Below are positions 14,501 to 25,415 of a stretch of 64,000 nucleotides of DNA, one piece after another. The stretch lies in the NCBI GenBank assembly GCA_012295275.1, contig CM022665.1:34348001-34412000 (forward strand), written 5' to 3'. The notes under the pieces were generated by a model. It did not search any database and was not told the DNA's origin. It saw only the letters and a program-made list of their open reading frames with translations. This DNA is from Chrysomallon squamiferum (Eukaryota; Animalia; Mollusca). Position 1 is the first letter of the stretch; every line of letters begins with the position of its first letter. The position numbers were made by a program, and so were the translations under genes.

Positions 14501-17500
14501 AGGGTTAAAGTTTAAATAGTTACTAAACATTAGAATTTTGTTAACAGCACAACCTTTTTTGGCCTCCTGATATTAATACACAAAGTTAAAAATAATATCA
14601 GTTATGCATGTATCACTTATTCCTTTATGATCAAATGCTTTTGACTCTTGAAAAATTAACTATAATGCAACATTTTCATGAATCAAGGGGAGAAGCTAGG
14701 AGAAAAACAAAAATTGTTATTTTTTATGTTATAGAATTGAAACTTGGTGGAAATAATCCCCACTTGTTACTATAAAATATAAGTACCAGTTTATATTTTG
14801 TTATGACAAATGGTACTTTTATTTTTGGCTTTTTAAAATATTTCAGTACCCAATTTCATGAACCTCTCCAACCCAAACCAATCTATGTATATATATCATT
14901 CAAACTGCTGGGGTTCATCATAGGCATGTATTTCTACAAAGTGACAGAAAGAAATCAGCCTTTTTTTTTTTTACACGCTTCAAAAGAAATATTTAAAAAA
15001 AGATAATAACATTTCTCACTCGTATTTTTTCGTATTAGACACATTATAAAGGATATATGAAAAGAATGGATAATTTTTTCAAGACTTTCTTTCTGTCACT
15101 CTCTAGTGATTGTTTCTAAAAATATATATTCCAAGTTTGGGATCTCTCATGCAAATAGTTTTAATGAAGCACCTTCACAAAAATTTAGAAAAGTACAAAG
15201 TATGAAATTTGAGAAAACAGCAAATAAAGATTCATAACAATATTTCCACTTATTCTAACTACTGGGGTGATGTTATGTATAATTATTATGATATCTGTGT
15301 GTGTGTGTGTATATTTCTTTCTGAAAAAAAAACCCTGAAACATTTACCTAAAAAACACATTATTGTTACATTATCATTATGTATAGTCCAAAAAGAGTTA
15401 GTTCTTGTTTGTCACTTGAAAGTTATAATAACACATTTACATTTTTATAATTCTTCAACTGCATCTAGCATTTCCTGTTGCTGAATCCTTTTCAAATGTC
15501 TTAGTTTCCTGACTTTTTTGGATTACAGCAGATTTTCTTTGTATCATGTGGATTTGTTCAGAATCCTTTGAATGGGTTAGTTTCATAGCAGCTCCACCCA
15601 CTTTTGTGAACACAGTACTGCTGCTGAATTGGTAACACTTTTTTTCCAGCCCTCATTGAATGACTCGCTGCCATTGCAACCCCACTGTCCACTCTTAATT
15701 TTCCCACAAAGTCTGTCTTTGGGTTTTCCCTTTCGGACATTGACGTAACAGATTTTCATCACCAAGTTGAATGTAGTCTGGCTTAACAAACTGCCCAACT
15801 TCCTTTGACAGTGGTGTTCCCACATTTTCAGCATGGTTGCCTGGTTGTTCACCCATAGCCAGTGTTTGCTGATAAAAATTTTAAAAAAATAAATAAAAAA
15901 AACCCACTGGAAGGACCCTTTGGACAATGATCATGACGTAGTTCTTGGTCTGATAGTGATGAAAGGAAATCTGCTTCCCTGACCACCTGCATGATTTGAT
16001 GACAATGTCTCATTGTCTGCCTTTTCACAAGTGGCACAAACTGTCTGCACGTTTACAACAATGGCTTTCAAATGATCACATACAATGACAATCACTTAAT
16101 GATCCATTACAAGAAGAGTTTGAACATGGAACTTTTTTACAAAAAAAATTTCAGACAAGTCACCTGCACAAAAAAGTTGTCATCAGTAACAAATGGACAA
16201 TGATCTGGATCTTCATCTTCGATTTCCAAACATGTTCCAATTTTCTTTTGAAAGTCAATGGGGAAGGTCATAGTGCTTGCTGATCTTCAGTGGCCACTGA
16301 TTCCATTTCCTGCATGACATCATAATTTTTTTTGAGCAGCTTGTAATTGTTGTCTGTGAGATAGCTTCCACTTCCCAAATTTATGTTTTGTACTGGTTTT
16401 CTTTCCACAATAAGTCTCCATGATTTCTAAAAGTTAAATCTCAAACAATATGCACAGGAAGAAAAATCAATGAATGGATGAAAACAATGTCACTGGAAAC
16501 AATGCTGATAACCAATCAGAATGCGGCAACAACTCATGTGATATCATAGGGTCAAGCCACGGGTACACTATCTTAATTTTTGTTCTCATATTGTCAGAGG
16601 GGGGTGCACTAAATGAAAGAATATCTTGATTGAATATCTATTTTTAGAACATTGTTCTCATAATGTTCTGAAAACAGGGCTTTCCAATGGTATGCAGAAT
16701 GCTGAATTTCAAGGTTTCGATAAACACGCATCAAAAATAAAACCCGGAAATAAATGCAGAATTTGACTAAAATGTGTAAATTTCAGTGACTGGCACCTCA
16801 GAAAATGCTTTTTTTTTGGACATAATTAAATTTATTCGGACCTTTTAACTTGTATGAATAAAAACCTTAATAATGTTTGTAAATGGTCTTGTCAAAATCT
16901 CAAAAACTTTTTTTCAAATGTTGTCAAATTTTGTCATTTTTTGCCTAGCATTGCCCCTCAAAACATCATAATAACTAATTAATAAAAATCTTTTGTAATA
17001 AATCATACATAATAATAAAAAAAGTTTTTAAAATCTCTTACAAATTTTTACTAATTTGGTTTAATTTACATCTAAAAACTAACTTATCAATTCCCAGATT
17101 CTTGCCAAATTCCAGCTCATCACGTTTATCAACAAAACAGTCCACATGATACCAAAGATCTTGGGGGCCATACATCTTAGCTCTTTGACTTGAAAAATCT
17201 TTCTTTGATATTCGAACTGCATTCTGTCAACAAAAATAAAGATTTTGGTTTAGTTTAACAAAACTTCTGTCAGTACATTAATGTGTTTGTTGGTTTAGTG
17301 GGTTTTTTAAAACTAGCCAAATCATTTAACAACTGTACTGAATGTTTTTTATAATATTATAAACATAATCAGCTATTCAATAACAAAAATCTGTAAGTGA
17401 CAATTCTATTTACATTAATTTTATTTCATTAGAATGTTTACATTTACTTACAATTCCTACGATTTACCTATCACACACTTTTTTTTTAAAAACACTTAAA

Positions 17501-19967
17501 ATATGAATCATGACCTTTTCATAGTAATGTAATGAAATGCACATACAGATATGAAATCAAACAATTATTAATGTCTCACTTTATCTATTTTTTCATCACA
17601 GCCACGACAGGTACTTTTATTAGACTTTGCATACTCAGTTTTGAAGTCTTTTGTCAAACCAGAGACTGCACCAGCAGTTGCATCACCTGAACCATCTATA
17701 AATATATAAATGCATAATAATTCCATCTGTTCATACAACCAACATGTCAAGAAACTGAAAATGACTATTGACACATATTTAAATAACTTATTTTCCTTAT
17801 AGAAGAAATTTCATGCCAATTTGCTGCATTTAATTAAACTGCACAGTGAATGTCACAAAAGAAATCAATAAATTAAAATCTGGTTTAAGTTAGCTTCTTT
17901 CCCTTATTTTCAACATCTTACTCAGTTTAAGGTATGTGTTTTTTACAATTATATATTATGTAGCCTAGAGTTAAACTAACTTCATGACAGATATATTTTT
18001 TTAAATAATAATAATATTTCATACTCAGTGAAAGAAATCTGGGAATTTTCTTTATAAATTTAGTAATACTTTAATTTTAAAAATGTATATATCATTAATG
18101 CACCTCCTCCAGCAATCTTGTCCTTAATCTTCTGTTGGTCTTCCCACCGAAGAGAATGAAATCCATGAATGTCATCAGCATTGGAAACCCGAGCCCGTTT
18201 CCAAAAACATTTTTCATGAAACCAGTTAGGAATCTGGAAAATTAATATTCTTAATTTTAAACACTTTTTTTGTTCACTAATATCCACAATTATTTTCTTG
18301 TGAGTTTTCTAGAAGGATAGGGTTATTAATTATCATGTCTGCAACAGTGTTGATAACAGAATGCTATACTGATAAAGTTAATTTTCCAACATTTCTGTTG
18401 AAAACTGAAATAACAAAAACAAAAACGAACAGAAATTTATATATTGCTTGTGTAGTGATTAACTTTAAAAATATGACTTGAAAAACACCATATCTATTAA
18501 ACTTACCTTTCCATCAAAATGAGGTGACTGAAAAATAAAAGAATGACATTTATTATCTGTTGTTAATAAAGCATACATAATACTAATTTTTTATATTTTC
18601 AATCTGAAACAATTTATGTACAAACAAATAATCAAAAACATTACTTTGAGTATTTTGTACATAATTAGATGCTTTCTTCTGTAATATTCTACAAGCCAAA
18701 TTCATATTGCAAATAATTATTGTCCTTTGTTGGTCACTAGTTTAGCTTCACTGTGGAAAACAGGAGACTGTTGCAAAGCACTTTCTGACTTCTTCCTCTG
18801 TGCCATATTCGGTCATTGGTAGTTCTCATATTTCTGTCAAACTGTGACCAACATTCTTGTGGACAGACATTACTCTGTATTCATATAGCTTGGATCTAAA
18901 TGTTTTTGGAAACGGGCTCGGGTTTCCAATGCTGATGACATTCATGGATATTATTCTCTTCGGTGGGAAGACCAACAGAAGATTAAGGACACAATTGCTG
19001 GAGGAGGTGCATTAATGATGTATACATTTTTTAAATTAAAGTATTACTAAATTTATAAAGAAAATTCCCAGATTTCTTTCACCGAGTCCAACAGTTGGTT
19101 TAAGTCAGGAGGCATGGGATTGGCAGGAGTGGTCAGTGAAATTATGGGAATGAACATAAGAGCAATGTGTTCATGTGGCAGGAATGGCAAACATTAAATA
19201 ACGAACAAATTTCTGAATTGAACTTGTGAGGCTTTGTAAATTGTAGATTTTATTGTTCATGTCCATCTTAGTTAATTTGTGTACAAGTTTACAAGAACTG
19301 TGTTTATTGTCAATCTCTAATCAGTAGAACTGTAAAAAATTTGCAGCTTTCACATAGCTGGTCACAAGATTTCCTTCCATGTGACAAATTAGAAACAGGC
19401 AGCCATCTCTATAATTCTGTCATAATTCAATTAACTGAGGAACAAAGCATGTTAATGATTTTTATATTGGTATCTATGTGATAAAACTGAAGTATCTGTA
19501 ACCCACATTTCCTTGTTAATAAGGCACCTTTATAAGCAGAAGAAAGGATGTAAAATAAGTCATGATAATTGTTAACTGAGCTGGAACAAGAAACAGCCCA
19601 AAAAGACCTGAATCACCAGAATAGGTGTACTGAGGACTGATTTTACGACTAATTATAATTTATACCAAACTTCCTAAGGATGCGAGTGCCAGTATCACTG
19701 ACTGGCAAAGTCATAACTTAACTTGTCAAACACAATACTGAAATACTGATTCACAGATCTGTCTCAGTGTCTGTGAAGTGCGAGTGTCACAAAAACCTAA
19801 TACACCTTTAGTCATCATAATCTCTTGGTAGCTTTTCTTAAAAATACCTGGACCATGACAGCTAATCGCAGTGAATCCTGAGTTATCCCCGTTTTACATG
19901 CTTTACATGATGCACGACTACTTTTAGCATATTCAGCTTTAAAGGGTAAATCATGATGATCAGCCAT
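2543..19967 (-). CDS. PARP1: Poly(ADP-ribose) polymerase 1, complete, 27 coding exons, 988 aa
   Basis: Manually spliced GT-AG exons (minus): 19848-19967, 18507-18527, 18104-18233, 17580-17695, 17084-17223, 13925-13999, 13421-13505, 12979-13095, 12348-12430, 11854-11973, 11480-11581, 11070-11218, 10517-10662, 10196-10262, 9570-9647, 8974-9106, 8476-8674, 7967-8092, 7441-7524, 6913-7035, 6279-6401, 5813-5911, 4777-4929, 4005-4132, 3482-3543, 2975-3089, 2543-2615. They sum to 2967 nt in one open frame. Domains: ZnF1 ([24 protein letters not shown]), ZnF2 ([13 protein letters not shown]), ZnF3, BRCT, WGR (FRSWGRVGT), helical domain, and catalytic H-Y-E ([37 protein letters not shown]). Confidence 0.97.
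2616..2974 (-). other. U12-type (minor spliceosome) GT-AG intron, last intron of PARP1
   Basis: The 5' splice site reads GTATCCTTT (2974-2966). A branch-point TCCTTAAT (2632-2625) lies about 10 nt from the AG with no polypyrimidine tract, the canonical U12 signature. Confidence 0.92.
3327..3432. mobile_element. Tc1/mariner-type MITE (106 bp) in a PARP1 intron
   Basis: TIR CAGGGTCATTCAAAAGTC...GACTTTTGAATGACCCTG, extending imperfectly to about 30 bp, with TA on both sides. Confidence 0.85.
5299..5719. mobile_element. Possible old pogo/Tigger-type non-autonomous element
   Basis: Degenerate inverted ends TAGTGAATACTCGTTATA ... TATAATAAAAGTTGACTA flanked by TA; weak match. Confidence 0.35.
14687..16957 (-). 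mobile_element. Decayed, internally deleted Kolobok-type DNA transposon in PARP1 intron 5
   Basis: Imperfect TIRs GGGGAGAAGCTAGGAGAAAA / TTTTGCCTAGCATTGCCCC with an identical 4-bp TCAA TSD (14683-14686, 16958-16961). Frameshifted minus-strand transposase remnants [43 protein letters not shown] and [18 protein letters not shown] match Kolobok C-terminal motifs (H..CP.G..SWC; LL.+C..GKTQN; PK..F.G). Confidence 0.75.
18023..18212. repeat. Source arm of a 190-bp inverted repeat (PARP1 exon 3 3' part, donor and intron 3 start)
   Basis: Reverse complement of 18898-19087 with about 7 mismatches by eye. Confidence 0.95.
18720..19240 (-). mobile_element. Mutator-like (MULE) transposase relic interrupted by the inverted PARP1 exon copy
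   Basis: Removing 18898-19087 gives a continuous minus-strand frame [19 protein letters not shown]...[37 protein letters not shown], then FHSEAKLV in a shifted frame. This resembles animal MULE C-terminal motifs (LPFLP..HI...F; WI...P..WS....RTNN..EGWH). Confidence 0.65.
18898..19087 (+). repeat. Inverted duplicate of PARP1 exon 3/intron 3 fragment lying in intron 1
   Basis: The plus strand reads [35 protein letters not shown] followed by intron-3 sequence, i.e. antisense to the gene. Confidence 0.95.
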
Positions 19968-19969
19968 TT

Positions 19970-20180
19970 CTGCCGCAACAATTTAATTGTATATTTACTC
20001 CAAAACAACTGGACTGGTTTCGCGCTTCTTTTCCGTAACCAATTTCCTGGAACCAATCAGAAGTTCGCTCAATGCAAATTTTATTATCAAGACTGGTAAC
20101 AGGTAATAGCTAACGGCCGCTAGGGGCGCTTGCTACTTTTTACGTTTCTTTTTACTTTCAAGCAATGGCGATCTCCCGAT
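19970..20180 (-). promoter_or_regulatory. PARP1 proximal promoter/5' UTR
   Basis: CpG-richer patch directly upstream of the ATG with two CCAAT motifs (~20039, ~20053), an ATGCAAAT octamer (~20072) and a CTCF-like GGCCGCTAGGGGCGC (~20115). Confidence 0.5.
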
Positions 20181-21337
20181 ATCAAAATTTTACGCTAATT
20201 TGTTATATGTTCTAAAGCAGAATGAGAGCAAATATCAGTTTTTATTAGGGGAATTTCTTAAAAAGACGTTATTGAAAATCGGAAAATAAAGCGAAACTAG
20301 GGAAATAGGTAAAAATGACAACTGAATTTTAGAAAAAAATCTTAAAAAACGAAAACGGTCGATTACAAAGAATAAATTATTTAAATGGAACATTTAGACT
20401 GCTTCGTTCACATTCTGCCTTGAATGTCTCAAATAACCCCTTCGGTGAACAGTCACCTGGAACTAATGTTTCAAGTATGAATTGCGCATTATGCATTCTT
20501 TAAAAAGGGATATCATTACTTTCCAAGTGATTCTTTGTCGTGGCATTCAAGATACGGAGCGGCGTTTTTCAAATACGTTTGTGATAACGAAAAGCTCGTC
20601 TTGCCAAATCTGAAATATGTATTGCTTACGAGAGCCGAATAAAATATGCAAATGTAATTATGGCAAATAACCTTTTTATTTATTTATTTTTTAGTTGCTC
20701 TAAACTCGACAAAGGTTCACTAATAAACATTCCTAATACCACAGTAGCATACAAACTGGACATAAAATGGGAACTAAGACGTTTGGGAATTCTGTTACCC
20801 TGCTATTTTCTCCATTGTTTATATGTTGTCATTGAACGTAACATGAGCATATTTGGCTATTCTTAGTGGTAAGCGGTAAGCTCAGAATGTAATTATTTCT
20901 GTAACATACACAACATATTTATCGGTCAAGGTCGCAGGAAAATATCAAATAATAAAAATCAACTGTTACACTTGTAAAACTGGTGTAACTAAAAAGGCAG
21001 GAGTTAACTTTTGTTAAATAATTTGATTTATAATTCTTAATTTACCTGATGTTACTGTTACTTGAAGTAGTATAATAATAAAAAAAAGGGATGGGAACTG
21101 GGAATATGTTTTGCCATACCCTGGTGGATTTAATTTTCTGGTAAAGAAATGAATGATAAAATAATTAAAACATCAATCAATTTCTTCAAGGAGTTTAATA
21201 TTTGCAATTAATAAAGTAAGCAATGAAAAATAAAAATAAATAAATAGAAATTTTAAAAGGAAGTTTGCCAGATATTTAAATTTAGTAGAGGATTCTGATT
21301 AACATAAAATAATCACTTGGACTTTATTATAATAGAG

Positions 21338-22028
21338 TTATCTTCTGAATGGAACAATTTTGAAATAGGTGGACATGTCTCATGGTGGTCCAGCAACTGT
21401 CACCTCCACTGAAAAATGTAGAGAAGAAAATACCATCAATTTTTACTTTTCTCATTTGACGTATATTAAAATTGTTTGCTTTGTAAACAAGATCGTGGTT
21501 GAACCATAATCTTATAATCCCATTGCTTTTCCAGGTTTGTTCAGTTTCACATATTAAGAGTTATTTTGCCACTATCCATTCTGATAGTGTCAGATGTTTT
21601 CTTCACAGACTTGGAACTTGTTTTTTGATCGGAGTGATGTAACCATAAATTTCAGTCATCCCTGATTCTGCTCCACATAAACCTGGTGGAAAAACAGTCC
21701 TTGGGAGGCTGATGGGAACATTTTGTTAATCCTCCCCAAAGTCCTGGCAATTTTCCACTGCGAACAAAATCTAAATTTTCATCAAAATAAAGGTCATAAT
21801 TCAAAGTCATCGACCTTGTACGTGAAACTGGTTTAGCATAATATTGTACAAAACTGGTTGTGGGCCCATGAGTGCTCCAGCTACCATTGTGATAGGTGGC
21901 CTTCAGGACCTTATTGCTTCCACCTTTAGGATTACAACAAAAATGGGTCCTGGGTCTGCAGCGTGTTGCATGAAAGGCTGTGAAGTAATTTTTCGGTATT
22001 TCTGATAAGTGCCATAGTACTCTGCCAA
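21338..22028 (-). pseudogene. Polysaccharide lyase family 14 alginate lyase pseudogene (molluscan HdAly/AkAly-like)
   Basis: After the AG acceptor at 22030-22029: VLWHLSEIPKNY...NPKGGSNKVLKATYHNGSWSTHGP...VQYYAKP...MTLNYDLYFDENLDFVRSGKLPGLWGGLTKCS...DCFSTRFMW. Frameshifted fragments follow: EIYGYI, G*WQNNS*YVKLNKPGK, NGIIRLWFN, KIDGIFFSTFFSGGDSCW, TYFK. These are colinear with abalone alginate lyase as I recall it (FDFRRGGKLPGLFGG, CFSTRFMWR, DGIFFSTFFGG). Several frameshifts, stops and a deletion; AATAAA at 21328-21323. Confidence 0.88.
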
Positions 22029-22409
22029 CTGAACAAAATTAGAGAAATAATAATAATATATATATATGTATATAATTTAGATGTAATTCTAACCTATTAT
22101 CATAATTAGGTTTGCAAGGTCCTACAAGGTCTTAAAAAGGAAATGAATTATTAAAGTTTAATTAACATATATATATAATAGACTACAGCATTCAAACTCA
22201 CAAATAACTGAATGAAAGGGGGGTGGAGAATTACAATACATTTTGTTGTTGAGAAATTATATTGGAAAATAATGATAACGAAATAAAGCTTCATGTTTGC
22301 CTGATGATTTTTGTTGTAATGATAGATATACAATATATTCATATATTTTTACGCTAAAGGTCATTTGCCTCTACTCTGCAGTGAAATACAACACATTTTA
22401 ATAACATAC

Positions 22410-22480
22410 CAGATGGAATCATGAAGGTGTTTTTATTTTTGCTCTCTGATAATTCTTTTAAATAGTAGCAGCGGTTTCAT
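22410..22480 (-). pseudogene. Possible degraded first (signal-peptide) exon of the PL14 lyase pseudogene
   Basis: ATG AAA CCG CTG CTA CTA TTT (MKPLLLF), ending at a TG|GTATGT donor about 380 nt upstream of the main exon; contains an in-frame stop. Confidence 0.35.
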
Positions 22481-22918
22481 GTTTGCGCAGATGCAGATAA
22501 CATCTGTTGTTATTACTTAAAATGATTTGCGGACCTTATTCAGAAGTGTATTTTATGTCATCTAGAGACATGCCGATTTATAAATTAACAGTTGTCTTTA
22601 GTACATAATTAATACTACCCACAAAATGCTATACAAAATGACAATCCTGAATAATATACAGCGGCTCTTCTTTACCCATGATACACACAGTACTGGATTG
22701 TTTTCGTTTTCCCTTTGACATGTTTATGTGTTAGTATTCCCATTACTTTGAACATAATGATAGACACATCAATGAAGACAGACCCCAGCAATAATTTGGA
22801 GTTTAATCTGTAGATTTATTGCCGAGAAACATCTCTTTTTTATTATGATTATTATTATCTGTAGCCTATATCTCTGCGACAGAACCTCACTAGTGCCTCT
22901 TTGCCTAACTTGTTTGTA

Positions 22919-23209
22919 CAGGTACCGGACCAATTATCCGGCGTCCGGAAATCCGGAAAGGATAGAAAACCGGAAGTTTGTTCCCGACGCTATTTTCATA
23001 GTTCGCGTGCGCGGGTGTTTTCCCCACCAGATCGGAACTCGCATTGTTTACGTGTCGAGTCGCCACAGTTGTGTATCGTCAATTTTCTTTGTGTTTTTGA
23101 TTTTAAAATGTTTATGCCTCATTATTTACATATTTAGATGCCTTGGTACCAGAAAACCGGAAAATCCAGAAATCCGGAATGCCTCAGGCCCCAAGGAGTC
23201 CGGTACCTG
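22919..23209. mobile_element. pogo/Tigger-type MITE (~290 bp)
   Basis: Perfect 12-bp TIR CAGGTACCGGAC / GTCCGGTACCTG; TA on the left, CA on the right; subterminal (a/t)ccggaa repeats; CpG-rich against the background. Confidence 0.8.
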
Positions 23210-24197
23210 CAATCGTAATTTTGTTTTCTATGTAGTGAATTATATAATATTCACAAAACCCGTAGTTTTATATGCCCATTTAAAGCAGAATGTCTGTTAC
23301 ATTTTATCTTAATTATATTATTATTTTACAATAATATTTATTTAGCTGTCATATATAATCATGTTTATAATTTATATTTTTACAGTTCTTAAATGTTTAC
23401 CTAATTAATGTCAGAAAATGGGGGTAAATATACAAAAACTAAATAGCAGAGTGTATGCAGACGTACGTGGGCTATCTAGAAGCTGTATTATATAAACAGG
23501 GCAAGTTCCGTTGTTTTATAAACTAAAAAACACTGGAATTAACAAACTCAAAATGGGCATTAAATTCAGAAAGGCTGTCTGCAGAGGTGTTTACTGAACG
23601 CCCGCGCGATGGTTATATATGATGTCGGCACGCGTTCTGAAGGAATTGGTGCGCTGCTTGAGACGGATTGTTTGGGGCCGTCTGCACAAGACAAAGGACC
23701 CCTCAGGCAATGGTAATTACGGCTTTATTATTTTTTGTATGTAACATACATACTGATCGATAGAAGATAGCTAAATCTATTACTCTTGGATTTTATTGTG
23801 TTATTCTGTGGTACGTACTTACGCATAAAAACTAAGATAACATATGTTAATAATTAAAAGATTAGTTAGAAAGTGAAAGTATCCAACTGGGCTTAATTAG
23901 TTTAATTTTATCTATCAACGCTATTTGCTTTTATGGTGTATCGTTCGCATCGTACGATTTAGCTATATATATATATACAAATTATCCATATTGAATTCTT
24001 GTTTATGTTATTGTTCTCTGGTGGATACAGAATTGTAATTTACTGATTTAGTAGTTTAAGCTGTCTCAAATAATTAACACCTTGTGACGTGACGCTATTA
24101 TGGTCTGCTACCCTTTAGACGGGACGAGCCAGATTTTAGGTATTAATACTACTCAGACTATATATATATATATATGCATTGTCTTACACATATCATA

Positions 24198-24916
24198 CAG
24201 TTTATAACTTTTCGAGTTATGAACAGTCGCTTAGTCGAGTTTTTGCTTTGAGTTGCGAGCCAGAACTCGCGTTACAAGCGAGCTTCAGATATGCCGCAAC
24301 TAACACCACCACATCCGACCAGCATCCCGCATCTCACTGGTTTACTTCACGGTTACTTGGCCGTGGAAGCATCTCTGCTGTGTTGTGTTCGTGTTTTTGT
24401 GCAGTATTTTGCCCAATGTTTTTTTTTTTTTTTTTTTTTTTTTAAGACCATGGATCATAAGAAAGTGAGTGCAAGATACAGTGCTAAGAAGAAGAAGCGG
24501 ACGATGTCCATTGAATTAAAGCATAGAGTAACTTGAGCGAGGTGTGCATGTAGTCGATTTGGCTAGGCAGTACGAGCGTACCATACTGAAGCAGAAGGAG
24601 TCGATAAAGGCTGTAACTCTAGCCAAAGGCGTTAAAATAATTTGTCTGATCTCCAAGATAAATACACTTTACAAAACCAATTTATTTCTTTACATTCTCT
24701 TTTATTTTGTTTTTATACAATATTTTGTCATTTATAAATACATTTTTCTTATTTAAAAATTCGTTACAAAAACATGGTGTGTGGTTTTGGGGGCTGGATC
24801 GGATTAATGGTATTTCAATTATTTCAGTGGATAAAACTGATTTGATATACGAGCAAATTCAGTTACGAGCTCGGCCACGGAAGAACGAATTAAGCTCGTA
24901 AGTCGAGGTACCACTG
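24198..24916 (+). mobile_element. Tigger (pogo) transposon deletion derivative
   Basis: Encodes a broken CENP-B-type N-terminal HTH (MDHKKVSARYSAKKKKRTMSIELK...ERGVHVVDLARQYER.TILKQKESIKAVTLAKGVKII). Right end GTCGAGGTACCACTG-TA; left end TA-CAGT, truncated. Confidence 0.8.
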
Positions 24917-25102
24917 TATTTTTAAATAATGTAAAAGCTAAAACTATTTTTTTCATTAAATTTGGTGGGTTTGTTGTTTTTGATAGGAATACATTTTTGA
25001 AAAGATTTATATAATGTTAATATATATGTATATATAATTTAAAACAAAACTTATTATTTTTCAATCATGAATTTTTCCATAAACGAATATAACTTCGTAA
25101 CT

Positions 25103-25119
25103 CGTCGCTAGATGGCATT
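25103..25119 (+). promoter_or_regulatory. CTCF-like motif upstream of YIF1
   Basis: GTCGCTAGATGGCAT matches the CTCF core CCRCTAGRTGGCR apart from the first base. Confidence 0.4.
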
Positions 25120-25415
25120 AAAATCAACAAGTAATACGATTTTATTCAATTTCAAACTCTGTTTAACGCTGCGCAACAAATAGTAGGCAAAGTATATTTG
25201 TGTGTGTCGTGTCTTAGACTGGTTTCATTTTGAGAAGCCGTACATATACACTGAATTAAACTATTACGCATGGATGTTGAAGAATCAGTCACATATTCTG
25301 TCAAAGTTCCATACAGTTAAATTGTTTTTGAAATTTTTATTGTAAAAGTAACACCTGTGTTTTATAGTTAAATTGACTTTTCTTGTTAAATTGTTGGTTC
25401 TACAGCTTTAGAAAT

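Noticed and set aside
20385-20640. Minus-strand fragment LETLVPGDCSPKGLFETFKAECERSSLNV, vaguely hAT-transposase-like
   Set aside because: Too short, and no termini found; cannot be supported without a search.
22845-23312. 155-aa plus-strand ORF
   Set aside because: Runs through a GC-rich MITE; no recognisable protein features.
23553-23716. In-frame TGA ORF (MGIKFRKAVCRGVY*TPARW...) as a possible selenoprotein
   Set aside because: No CxxU motif, no recognisable SECIS and no family resemblance.
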